A DNA stretch of 46,533 nucleotides from Chloracidobacterium sp. (GTDB lineage Bacteria; Acidobacteriota; Blastocatellia; Pyrinomonadales; Pyrinomonadaceae), in NCBI GenBank assembly GCA_043773225.1, contig JAYVFJ010000146.1, positions 1 to 46,533 on the forward strand, in the 5' to 3' direction. Under the pieces are notes generated by a model, which saw only the letters and a program-made list of their open reading frames with translations, ran no database searches and was not told the origin of the DNA. The number at the start of each line of letters is the position of its first letter. Position 1 is the stretch's first letter. Made by a program: the position numbers and the translations under genes. This document shows positions 18,572-29,032 of this stretch, one piece after another.

Positions 18572-19645
18572 ATGCTAAAGATCTCAGCCTTAAAAAACTT
18601 CGTTACCGATTCGATGGCGATCGACCTCGGCACGGCCAGCACGATTATCGCCGTAAAAGGCCGAGGTGTGGTGCTCGATGAGCCGTCGCTCGTCGCCATC
18701 AACGAGACCAGCGAAACGATCTTCGCCTATGGTTCCGAAGCCGCCGAAATGCGCGGCCGCGAGGGGCGCGACCTTGTCGTTCAGGCGCCGCTGACCGGAG
18801 GCGTTGTCGGTGATTTTGAGCGGACAAAAAAAATGCTTGCCCATTTTGTAAAAAAGGCAAAATCGGGCGGTTCGAGCATTTCAATTCAGGCGGTGATGAG
18901 CATGACCTCGGACGTTACACACGTCGAGCAGCGGGCGCTTTTTAACGCCGCCGAAGACGCCCATATCGGCAAGGTCTTTATGATGGAAGAAGGCCTGGCA
19001 GCGGCTTTCGGCGCGGGCGTTTTGCCGACCGACAAACGTGCATCGGCAATCGTTGACATCGGTGCCGGCACGACAAATATCGCCATAGTCGCAAAAGGCT
19101 CGATAGTTCATTCGACATCCGACCGCCTCGGCAGCAACGCGATCAACGAAAGCCTCGCCACGCACCTGCGCCGTCATCGCGGCCTGCAAGTCGGCGTGGA
19201 AACAACCGAATTGCTCAAGACAAACTTTGCATCGGCGTTTCTTCCCGGCGACATTACCAAAACAATCGAAGTCCGTGGCCGAGATGTAACAACCGGCAGC
19301 CCGGCGGCGGTCGAGATCACCTCAGGCGAAATCTATCCGATTGTCGAAACGATCGTCCGCCGCATCGCCCTGAGGGTCAAGGACACGCTCACCGAGCTTC
19401 GCCCCGAGGTCGCAGCCGACATCTTCGATCGCGGCATCATCCTCACCGGCGGCGGCGCCTTGCTCGATGGCCTCGATCAATACATGCGTGCATTCACAAA
19501 TCTGCCCGTCATCATCTCCGACGAACCGCGATACGCCACGGTCAACGGCCTCGTCAAAATGTTCGACGACGAAAAGCTTCTCGAACGCGTCTCGCGCAAA
19601 GAACTTGGCGTCTTCCAACACGGCGAAATTCCATTCGAAGCGTGA
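18572..19645 (+). CDS. MreB/Mbl-like actin-family ATPase (divergent paralogue)
   Basis: Actin-fold phosphate and adenosine motifs MAIDLGTASTI, VDIGAGTTNIAIV and IILTGGGALLDGLDQYM. No mreC or mreD follows. Confidence 0.85.
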   Translation: MLKISALKNFVTDSMAIDLGTASTIIAVKGRGVVLDEPSLVAINETSETIFAYGSEAAEMRGREGRDLVVQAPLTGGVVGDFERTKKMLAHFVKKAKSGGSSISIQAVMSMTSDVTHVEQRALFNAAEDAHIGKVFMMEEGLAAAFGAGVLPTDKRASAIVDIGAGTTNIAIVAKGSIVHSTSDRLGSNAINESLATHLRRHRGLQVGVETTELLKTNFASAFLPGDITKTIEVRGRDVTTGSPAAVEITSGEIYPIVETIVRRIALRVKDTLTELRPEVAADIFDRGIILTGGGALLDGLDQYMRAFTNLPVIISDEPRYATVNGLVKMFDDEKLLERVSRKELGVFQHGEIPFEA

Positions 19646-19697
19646 TCGCTGTGTTATTCTTAGTGCGAGTTAGCTATCAGCTAAAAGGCAAAGAAAA

Positions 19698-20546
19698 GTG
19701 GAAGTCACAAACTACATACCGACGATAAATACGCTTCGAAATGTCCTCGACATTGCGCTCGTTTTTATCATCGTCTATGTCGTGCTCAAGCTGCTGCGCG
19801 GGACGCGGGCAGTGCCGACAGTCGTCGGGATGTTGATCCTCGCGCTGTTGTATTGGCTGGCTGTCGTGCAGGATCTTTCGACTCTGGAATTTGTGCTTCG
19901 ATATGCCGTCGGATTTATCGGCATCGCGATCATCGTGCTGTTTCAGTCTGAGATTAGGCAGGCCTTGATCTATTTTGCCAACCGATTTCGGTTTCCTATT
20001 CTGAAGCGGCAGCGCGGGCAATTTGGCGGCAGTGTTTATGACGAGATCGTGTTGGCGGTGACTACGCTGGCATCGGAAAAAACGGGCGCGCTTCTCGTCA
20101 TCGAGCGAAAGGTTGGCCTGCGAAACTTTATAGACGCCGGCGTCCAACTCGATGCAAAACTCAGCTACGATCTGCTCGTCACGATCTTTAACCCGTCAAC
20201 GCCGCTGCACGACGGAGCCGTCGTGATCCAAAACGAACGCCTCGCCGCCGCATCAGTTTTCCTGCCGCTGACAAAAAACCCGGAAGTCTCACGCGAGCTT
20301 GGTACTCGTCACCGCGCTGCGATCGGCATCACGGAAGGCTCAGACGCGATCTCGATCGTTGTATCTGAGGAAACGGGCTTGATAACCTACGTCGAAGCCG
20401 GCGCGGTCCGCCGAAACCTCGATACTACACAGCTTCGCAAACTGCTCCTCGACGCAATGGAAATTCCGCTTACAGATAATCGCAGAGAAAGAGCTTTTGC
20501 CACAGAGGACACTGAGAACACAGAGGCATTTATTGGCATTAAGTAA
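19698..20546 (+). CDS. cdaA: Diadenylate cyclase CdaA (membrane-anchored DAC domain)
   Basis: Three N-terminal TM helices. DAC motifs PLHDGAVVI (DGA) and GTRHRAAIGITE (RHR). GTG start. The last about 13 codons lie in a hairpin arm. Confidence 0.9.
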   Translation: MEVTNYIPTINTLRNVLDIALVFIIVYVVLKLLRGTRAVPTVVGMLILALLYWLAVVQDLSTLEFVLRYAVGFIGIAIIVLFQSEIRQALIYFANRFRFPILKRQRGQFGGSVYDEIVLAVTTLASEKTGALLVIERKVGLRNFIDAGVQLDAKLSYDLLVTIFNPSTPLHDGAVVIQNERLAAASVFLPLTKNPEVSRELGTRHRAAIGITEGSDAISIVVSEETGLITYVEAGAVRRNLDTTQLRKLLLDAMEIPLTDNRRERAFATEDTENTEAFIGIK

Positions 20547-20606
20547 GATGATGGTGAGAGACAACTAATTGCTATGTGATCTTGTGCCTATGTGGTAATA
20601 ATTAAA
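20508..20606. repeat. Imperfect hairpin with arms of about 9-nt tandem units (cacagagga/cactgagaa/cacagaggc)
   Basis: The left arm gccacagaggacactgagaacacagaggc (20508-20536) is partly complementary (about 70% by eye) to gctatgtgatcttgtgcctatgtggt (20581-20606). It spans the cdaA stop and the cdaA-cdaR gap. Confidence 0.4.
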
Positions 20607-20607
20607 A

Positions 20608-21489
20608 ATGGCAGGACAACTGTGGGCAAAACACATTATCCGCAAGCTCTTTCTCGAAGATTGGGGCTTAAAGTTGCTTGCGCTTGCAATCACGCTTGCT
20701 CTTTGGTTTGGTGTTACGGGTTTGAGCGCTCCGACGACGAAACGCTTTTCGATCCCGCTAAACCCGAGCACTTCAAATAACGCCGAGATCACCAACACGC
20801 TCATTCCAGAAGTTGACATCGTCGTCAGCGGCTATAAACGAAATCTCGACCAGATAAACAAGAACGATCTTGCCGCAACGCTCGACCTGACCGACGTCGC
20901 TCCCGGCGAACGCGTTGTCTCGCTGTCGCCCGAAACCGTCTATGTCGCCCTGCCGCAGGGCATAAAACTCATCGAAGTTCAGCCGAGCCGTATCCCTGTC
21001 CGACTCGAAGCCGTCGAGGAAAAAGAGGTCGAGGTAAAGGTTCAAACCAAGGGAAATCCGGCGGACGGTTATGAGGTCTATACGACCGTCTCATTGCCGC
21101 CAAAAATTAGAGTTCGCGGGCCGGCCAGCTTTACGAAAAAGCTCGATTTCGTCGAAACGGACAAGATCGATCTGTCGGGCAGAAAGGACGAGTTCACCGC
21201 AAAACAAATACCCGTCAGCGTCGCCAATCCGAACGCCGCAGTTCTCGACACCGTCGTCGATGTCTATTTTCGTATCGGCGAAAAGCGCGTTGAACGTCAG
21301 TTTTCTCTTCCTGTGTCAGGATCTCCCGGCAAGACCGCTAGCTTCACGATCTACGGCCCCCGCACCCTGCTTTCAAAAACGCGCACCGATGCATTTAAAG
21401 TGGAAATGTCGAATGACGGCACGCCGCAGGTCGTTGTGCCTGCCGAACTTCAAGACCTGATCGAGATAAGAAACCTCACCGTCAAATAA
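20608..21489 (+). CDS. cdaR: CdaR / YbbR-domain regulator of CdaA
   Basis: 293 aa. N-terminal TM segment (LKLLALAITLALWFGV), then repeated YbbR-like beta modules. It sits immediately downstream of cdaA, as in the canonical cdaA-cdaR operon. Confidence 0.8.
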   Translation: MAGQLWAKHIIRKLFLEDWGLKLLALAITLALWFGVTGLSAPTTKRFSIPLNPSTSNNAEITNTLIPEVDIVVSGYKRNLDQINKNDLAATLDLTDVAPGERVVSLSPETVYVALPQGIKLIEVQPSRIPVRLEAVEEKEVEVKVQTKGNPADGYEVYTTVSLPPKIRVRGPASFTKKLDFVETDKIDLSGRKDEFTAKQIPVSVANPNAAVLDTVVDVYFRIGEKRVERQFSLPVSGSPGKTASFTIYGPRTLLSKTRTDAFKVEMSNDGTPQVVVPAELQDLIEIRNLTVK

Positions 21490-22153
21490 AACGTTTCAGC
21501 CACTCAGCCATATCAACCCGCATCTCGTCGGTGATCTCGTGTTTTGCAGCGTAATGTTTTGAGTGGTAATTCGCCAGCATTGAGGCGAGCTTTTCATTAA
21601 AACCTGCGAATTGTTCCTGCGTGTAAAACTCATCGTCATTGCCGTAAAGATAAAACGTCTCAGCCGCAAACGGCTTATACAGCGGATTTGTATCGAGGTC
21701 GCCCGGAATGCCGCCGCAGACGCCGACGATGCCGCGCAGCACTTCAGGATAGGTGAACGCAAAACGAAAATTGACGGCACACGCCTGCGAAAAACCGAAC
21801 AGAAACACCCGCTCGCCATCAACCAGATTATCGGCGGCCAATTTCTCTATCACGTCGAGCACAAACTTATGATGCAGCCGCACATAGTCCTCGCTCTTGT
21901 GGTCGGTCAGCCAGCCAAAGCCGGTGCGATATCCGTCTTTCGTGGAACGATAATGCTGGTGCGGACCTTGTATCGAAGCAATGACAAAATTGTCCAGCGC
22001 AACACGCTGAGCCTCGCGCATCATGTAGCGTTTGTGTGCTCCGTAACCATGAACCGCGATCAGCAGCGGCGCAGGTGTCGTCATATTTTCCGGCACATGG
22101 AGGTCGTAATAAAGATTGATCTCTGCGGTTATTGACAGGTCGCTTTCAAGCAT
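21482..22153 (-). CDS. Alpha/beta hydrolase (phospholipase/carboxylesterase-like)
   Basis: 223 aa with nucleophile elbow LFGFSQACA (GxSxG-type) and a HGYGAHK loop. Its 3' end overlaps the 3' end of the convergent cdaR by 8 bp. Confidence 0.75.
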   Translation of the reverse strand: MLESDLSITAEINLYYDLHVPENMTTPAPLLIAVHGYGAHKRYMMREAQRVALDNFVIASIQGPHQHYRSTKDGYRTGFGWLTDHKSEDYVRLHHKFVLDVIEKLAADNLVDGERVFLFGFSQACAVNFRFAFTYPEVLRGIVGVCGGIPGDLDTNPLYKPFAAETFYLYGNDDEFYTQEQFAGFNEKLASMLANYHSKHYAAKHEITDEMRVDMAEWLKRFI

Positions 22154-22706
22154 ATTTTGATGCGTTCGTCACTTTATACAAAACATAAACACACCCATTC
22201 TTAAAAGGGCGGCACTCGATAAGTTCGAGGTCAATCTGCCGGGACATTTCGTGAAAAAGTGGAATGCCGGAGCCAAGCAAAACCGGATGAATATTAAAGC
22301 CGATCTCGTCAATCACGCCGGCCTCGAACAGCGACCTCGCCAGCTCGCCGCCGCCCATTACCATAATGTCCTTGCCTTCCTGCTGCTTTAATTCACGCAC
22401 AAACTCGCCGGCGTCCGAGTTTACATACTCAACACCATCGCGCTCGCCCGGTTCCAGCGTTGTTGAAAAAACATACGTCTTTATTCCCGACTGAGATTTC
22501 CTTGCCTGTTCAAGCTCTTCTTCCGTAAATTGCTCTTGCGACGTCGTCCAGGTCTTCCTACCCATCACCATCACATCGAACCGCGGCCAAAAATCCTTCA
22601 TTATCTCTGCCGCCTCATCGCTCCACATCAGCCAGTCCACCGAGCCGTCTGCCCTCGCAAAATAATTATCCAGACTATTCGCCCCGCCAAATATCACTTT
22701 TCGCAT
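22146..22706 (-). CDS. Dihydrofolate-reductase-fold protein (RibD C-terminal domain family)
   Basis: 186 aa. MRKVIFGGANSLDNYFARADGSVDWL and IMVMGGGELARSLFEAGVIDE are typical of RibD_C/YwjB-type proteins. It overlaps the esterase start by 8 nt. Confidence 0.8.
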   Translation of the reverse strand: MRKVIFGGANSLDNYFARADGSVDWLMWSDEAAEIMKDFWPRFDVMVMGRKTWTTSQEQFTEEELEQARKSQSGIKTYVFSTTLEPGERDGVEYVNSDAGEFVRELKQQEGKDIMVMGGGELARSLFEAGVIDEIGFNIHPVLLGSGIPLFHEMSRQIDLELIECRPFKNGCVYVLYKVTNASKYA

Positions 22707-22836
22707 ATCGCCTCCAAGCTATTGAGAATTGTATCGCTTGCGGCAACCAACGTCATAATTGCCCGCAAAGACAAGTTTTGGTATCTTAAAAAGTTACCCG
22801 AATTACTAATATATTGATATAGAAAAGGATTTATTA

Positions 22837-25125
<2,289 letters not shown>

Positions 25126-25234
25126 TATCAAGTCGCGGCAAGGCTTGCGATGGCCTATGCAACAAGTAGGAGAAATAGCTTTTAGACACAGACGCATAAA
25201 TGCTAAACTGCCCTCTAGGATGGATAACAATGCG

Positions 25235-25459
25235 ATGAAAATAACTTTTACTGCGGTATTCCAAAAAGTGCCGGAAGGTTACATCGGCTATGTAGAAGAA
25301 TTGCCGGGAGCAAACACCCAAGGCGATACTTTAGAGGAAGCGCGCGAAAACCTTAAGGAAGCCATCGAACTGGTATTGGAAGCGAATCGCGAGTTGTCGG
25401 AAGAATCGCTCGCGGGAGCCGATGTCATTCGTGAACCGATGCAAATGGCATTTGTATGA
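25235..25459 (+). CDS. hicB: HicB-family antitoxin (short, N-terminal UPF0150-type domain only)
   Basis: MKITFTAVFQKVPEGYIGYVEELPGANTQGDTLEEARENLKEAIELVLE. The start could also be 25220. It overlaps hicA by ATGA. Confidence 0.8.
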   Translation: MKITFTAVFQKVPEGYIGYVEELPGANTQGDTLEEARENLKEAIELVLEANRELSEESLAGADVIREPMQMAFV

Positions 25460-25641
25460 AACGCCGCGACCTCGTTCGGCATTTGGAAAAGCACGGCTGC
25501 GAGATGTGGCGCGAGGGCGGCAATCACACAGTCTTTGTCAATCGCGCTAAAAGAAAGACTACAGCAGTTCCACGTCATCGAGAACTCAACGAATTTTTGG
25601 CCCGAAAAATTTGTCGCGATTTGGACATTCCAGAAGTTTAG
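25456..25641 (+). CDS. hicA: HicA mRNA-interferase toxin
   Basis: 61 aa: MKRRDLVRHLEKHGCEMWREGGNHTVFVN...VPRHRELNEFLARKICRDLDIP, matching the YcfA/HicA pattern. Confidence 0.85.
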   Translation: MKRRDLVRHLEKHGCEMWREGGNHTVFVNRAKRKTTAVPRHRELNEFLARKICRDLDIPEV

Positions 25642-25647
25642 CGATAT

Positions 25648-25936
25648 ATGGCAGAGAAATTTAGTCGATACGATACGGCCGAATACCTCGAAACTGAAGA
25701 GGACATCCGTCATTATCTGGAAGCGTGTCAGGAAGATGGAGATCCGACGCTCATTGCGGCGGCACTAGGTGACATTGCCCGCGCGCGAAATATGACCGAG
25801 CTGGCCAAATCGGCAAAAATGACAAGAGCCGGATTGTATAAAAGCACTGTCGCCGGAAGGTAATCCAAGTTTTGCCACAATAACACGAGTCGCCAAGGCG
25901 TTAGGGCTGAAAGTCAAGATTGAGTTGGCCTCCTGA
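25648..25936 (+). pseudogene. HigA-like 'addiction module antidote' HTH protein, frameshifted
   Basis: Frame 1 gives ...DPTLIAAALGDIARARNMTELAKSAKMTRAGLYKSTVAGR*. The +1 frame continues ALSPEGNPSFATITRVAKALGLKVKIELAS*. A single extra A in the run at about 25843-25846 breaks the conserved GLYKALSxxGNPxF motif. Confidence 0.7.
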
Positions 25937-25983
25937 AAGATCGATTTCGTTCCTTAGAAAATCTCTTGGAAAGAACTTTAACC

Positions 25984-26601
25984 ATGTGGATAAAGCAGTC
26001 AGCCCTAATGAAACTTATTCTTTTTTGTCTTGCGCTGCTTGGCTCGGCTTCTACGGTGTCCCCTCAAGACACAAAGCAGAAATCTATCAATCCGAAAAGC
26101 CCCTTCAATCATGACGGCAAGTTTGTCACAAAGTTTGAGGCTGACGAAAATACGACGCATGTATTTCTTGAGCCTATAATTGTCGAGTCCTCGGAATCAG
26201 CGAAAACCTCATTGAGATTAGGCGCAGATTTTCAGTATGAAGGTAAATCATCTGTTAAACCGAAGCATATATCTTTGGCGTTTTATACTTTTTACCCTCA
26301 GTGCAAATTTTCAGGCAAGCCGAAAATGACGCTGTTTCTTGATGGAGAATCGACTGAGTTCAGATTCAGCTTCAAATCATTCCGCGAAAGAAAACCAGAT
26401 GAAGAAGGCATTGCCTTTAGCTTTAATGATATTGAAGGAGATCGGTGTAATGGACTTGTGGTCATGTTCATTTCTCAAGAAAACTTTCGTAAAGTCGTAA
26501 AAGCGCGAAATGTCGACGTTCAGATTGACGACTTCAAATTCAAGTTGAAGGAGTCTAATCTTGAAGCTCTGCGTGATCTTGCAAGTCGGATGACAATGTA
26601 G
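25984..26601 (+). CDS. Hypothetical secreted protein (AT-richer than its surroundings)
   Basis: MWIKQSALMKLILFCLALLGSASTVSPQ signal peptide. I recognise no motif. The start (25966 TTG, 25984 ATG or 26008 ATG) is uncertain. Confidence 0.6.
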   Translation: MWIKQSALMKLILFCLALLGSASTVSPQDTKQKSINPKSPFNHDGKFVTKFEADENTTHVFLEPIIVESSESAKTSLRLGADFQYEGKSSVKPKHISLAFYTFYPQCKFSGKPKMTLFLDGESTEFRFSFKSFRERKPDEEGIAFSFNDIEGDRCNGLVVMFISQENFRKVVKARNVDVQIDDFKFKLKESNLEALRDLASRMTM

Positions 26602-26653
26602 GCGAAATTTCAGAATAGAATTGTTTGGTTAAATTTCAAATTTCGCAATTTTT
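26602..26653 (+). terminator. Hairpin plus T-tract terminator candidate
   Basis: gcgaaattt (26602-26610) pairs with aaatttcgc (26638-26646) and is followed by aattttta. The 27-nt loop is large for a terminator. Confidence 0.35.
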
Positions 26654-28099
26654 ATGACGTTAACAATCACCCTTCGTTTGTCCCTAATTCTTGCTGGACT
26701 GCTTTGGTTTAGTCTTGCGCCTTGTGCCGCACAAGATGGGATCACAGCCAAAGTTGACGAGTTTATCAAAAACGAAATGCAGAAACAGCATGTTCCTGGC
26801 GTGTCGTTGGCCGTCGTCCAAAATGGAAAAATCGTTCTCAGCAAAGGTTACGGCTGGGCAAATGTCGAGCATCAAGTCGCGGTAAAACCGGAGACTATTT
26901 TTCAATCCGGTTCGGTCGGAAAACAATTTACAGCAACAGCCGTGATGATGCTGGTCGAAGAGGGCAAAATAGTTTTGGACGAGAAAATCAGCAAATATCT
27001 TGGCAATGTGCCGGATGCATGGAAGAATATCACCGTGCGGCATCTGCTGACGCACACGGCTGGTTTGACCGATTATCCACGGGACTTTGATTTTCGCCGC
27101 GACTATACGGAAGATGAATTGCTCAAGCGGGAGCAGGCAATTCCCGTCGCTTTTCAGCCGGGCGAAAAATGGCAATACAGCAATATGGGTTACGTCACGC
27201 TCGGTATTTTGATTGGGAAAGTTACGGGAAAATTTTACGGTGATTTTCTGCGGGAAAGGATCTTTAAGCCATTGGGAATGACAACGACCCGCATCATCAG
27301 CGAAGCCGATATCGTGCCGCACCGTGCGGCCGGTTATAGTCTCGTTAAAGGCGAACTCAAAAATCAGGAATGGGTTTCGCCCTCGATGAACACCACCGCC
27401 GACGGCTCGCTGTATCTGACCGCGCTCGATATGGTGAAATGGGATGCCGCGCTGAACGGCGAAAAACTTTTGAAGAAAACAAGTCTCGAACAGATGTGGA
27501 CACCCGTCAAACTAAATGACGGTAAAACGTCGCCTTATGGTTTCGGTTGGGCTCTAGGCACCTTGCGTGGGCATCGCATCATCCATCACGGCGGTGCGTG
27601 GCAAGGATTCAAATCATTTATCGCCCGTTACCCGAACGACGGTTTGACCGTTATCTTTTTTGCCAATCTCAGTCAGGCAAATCCGGATATCTTTGCTCAC
27701 GGTGTCGCCGGTATTTACAATCCCGAACTCACCCCGCCATTGCCGATTTCGGATGTGATTGCGAAAACCATCGAGCAAAAAGGTATTGATGCCGCCATTA
27801 GTCAATACCGCGACCTGAAACGCACCCAACCTGACGAATATAATTTTAGCGAACCTTTGCTTAACGCCTTGGGCTATCAACTTCTCACCGGCAAAAAGCT
27901 AAAAGAGGCAATTGAGATCTTCAAACTGAACGTCGAGATGTTTCCTCAATCGTCGAACGTCTATGACAGTTTAGGCGAGGCCTACATGGTGAACGGAGAT
28001 AAAAGCCTTGCCGTAAAAAACTATGAAAAATCACTCGAATTAGATCCACAAAATACAAATGCGGCTGATATGTTAAAGAAGCTGCGAGAAAGCAAGTAG
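26654..28099 (+). CDS. Serine hydrolase of the beta-lactamase/PBP fold (class C-like) with C-terminal TPR module
   Basis: Signal peptide, SxxK (SGSVGKQFT), YxN (WQYSNMGY) and HGG (IHHGGAWQG) motifs. The C-terminal TPR-like region is [29 protein letters not shown]. Confidence 0.85.
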   Translation: MTLTITLRLSLILAGLLWFSLAPCAAQDGITAKVDEFIKNEMQKQHVPGVSLAVVQNGKIVLSKGYGWANVEHQVAVKPETIFQSGSVGKQFTATAVMMLVEEGKIVLDEKISKYLGNVPDAWKNITVRHLLTHTAGLTDYPRDFDFRRDYTEDELLKREQAIPVAFQPGEKWQYSNMGYVTLGILIGKVTGKFYGDFLRERIFKPLGMTTTRIISEADIVPHRAAGYSLVKGELKNQEWVSPSMNTTADGSLYLTALDMVKWDAALNGEKLLKKTSLEQMWTPVKLNDGKTSPYGFGWALGTLRGHRIIHHGGAWQGFKSFIARYPNDGLTVIFFANLSQANPDIFAHGVAGIYNPELTPPLPISDVIAKTIEQKGIDAAISQYRDLKRTQPDEYNFSEPLLNALGYQLLTGKKLKEAIEIFKLNVEMFPQSSNVYDSLGEAYMVNGDKSLAVKNYEKSLELDPQNTNAADMLKKLRESK

Positions 28100-28111
28100 G
28101 CAGCGAAGGGT

Positions 28112-28921
28112 CTATGGTTTGATTCGATAAACACCTGTAGCCAGCCTCTCGGCAAAGCCTTCGTCAACGAGTTCGTGATTAGCCTTGCCGGATTCCCAGC
28201 GTTGGAAGCCGAATTTGCCTGAGAGTTCGCCGACTAGGGTCATTCCGCACATTTGCAGATAACAGCGGGCAAGCTCGCGGACGGCGTCTTCGCGGGGCAT
28301 TTTGATCTTTAATTCTTCGGGAAAGCGGGCTTCGGCGAGGGTCCAGATGTAGGTAAATTTTGGGACATAGACGACTTCCTGCGGCACGACCTTCATACGG
28401 CGTTGGAGTTCGTCCATTGCGGTTGTCAGGTCTTTTTTGTCTTTGAAACCGCATTCTTCGCGAAGGTCGGCGGTCGCCATTTCCCATTCTTTTCTGAGAA
28501 CTTTCAAGACCAGTTGCGCATTTTTTGACAAAATGCCTGATTCGCCTTTGCGCGAGCAACCCCAGATCGCGTTAAAGACCGGTATCATTCGCGGCGCGAG
28601 AAACCAAGATTTGCCTTTTAGCAGTTTTGCGTAATAGAGTTTGCCGCGAGCGATTACTTCGTCCTTGAGCACCCACGCGCGGCTTGCCTCGTAATCCTTC
28701 TGAACATTTCGCGGCATGTGGGCGTCGCGTCGGCCGCATACAGCAATATAAACCGACGGCATCATTTTGCGCGCGTCGGTCAGGCCGAGTGCAAAGCCGA
28801 GTTCCTCGACCAACGCCTCGACCTCTTCGGCGGAGTCGATCTTGAGCGATTCCTCACGCCGCCATTTGCGGTCGCGGTAGATCTCGATCTCCTCTGGTAG
28901 TGTTTTGAAAGAATTTGCCAC
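28112..28921 (-). CDS. Hypothetical protein (possibly winged-helix/AlkZ-YcaQ-like; unverified)
   Basis: 269-aa ORF with a GTG start and coding-like composition. The family guess rests only on overall resemblance, not on a diagnostic motif. Confidence 0.55.
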   Translation of the reverse strand: MANSFKTLPEEIEIYRDRKWRREESLKIDSAEEVEALVEELGFALGLTDARKMMPSVYIAVCGRRDAHMPRNVQKDYEASRAWVLKDEVIARGKLYYAKLLKGKSWFLAPRMIPVFNAIWGCSRKGESGILSKNAQLVLKVLRKEWEMATADLREECGFKDKKDLTTAMDELQRRMKVVPQEVVYVPKFTYIWTLAEARFPEELKIKMPREDAVRELARCYLQMCGMTLVGELSGKFGFQRWESGKANHELVDEGFAERLATGVYRIKP

Positions 28922-29025
28922 AGATCACACAGATAGAACGGATAAGAAATCATAACAAATCGAAAAAGGCGAACAAAGTTTTTGCCCGCCTTTAAATTAT
29001 CTGTGTTATCCGTGAGATCGGTGGC
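28917..29025. repeat. Imperfect long hairpin with arms of 9-nt tandem units (NGATNNNAC), enclosing a canonical terminator
   Basis: The left arm gccacagatcacacagatagaacggataag is partly complementary to attatctgtgttatccgtgagatcggtggc. The arm bases are gccac/gtggc. Confidence 0.45.
28963..28993 (-). terminator. Rho-independent terminator candidate for the 29033..30631 gene
   Basis: The minus strand reads AAAGGCGggcaaaaactttgttCGCCTTTTTCG, a 7-bp stem followed by a T tract. Confidence 0.5.
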
Positions 29026-29032
29026 TAAATTC

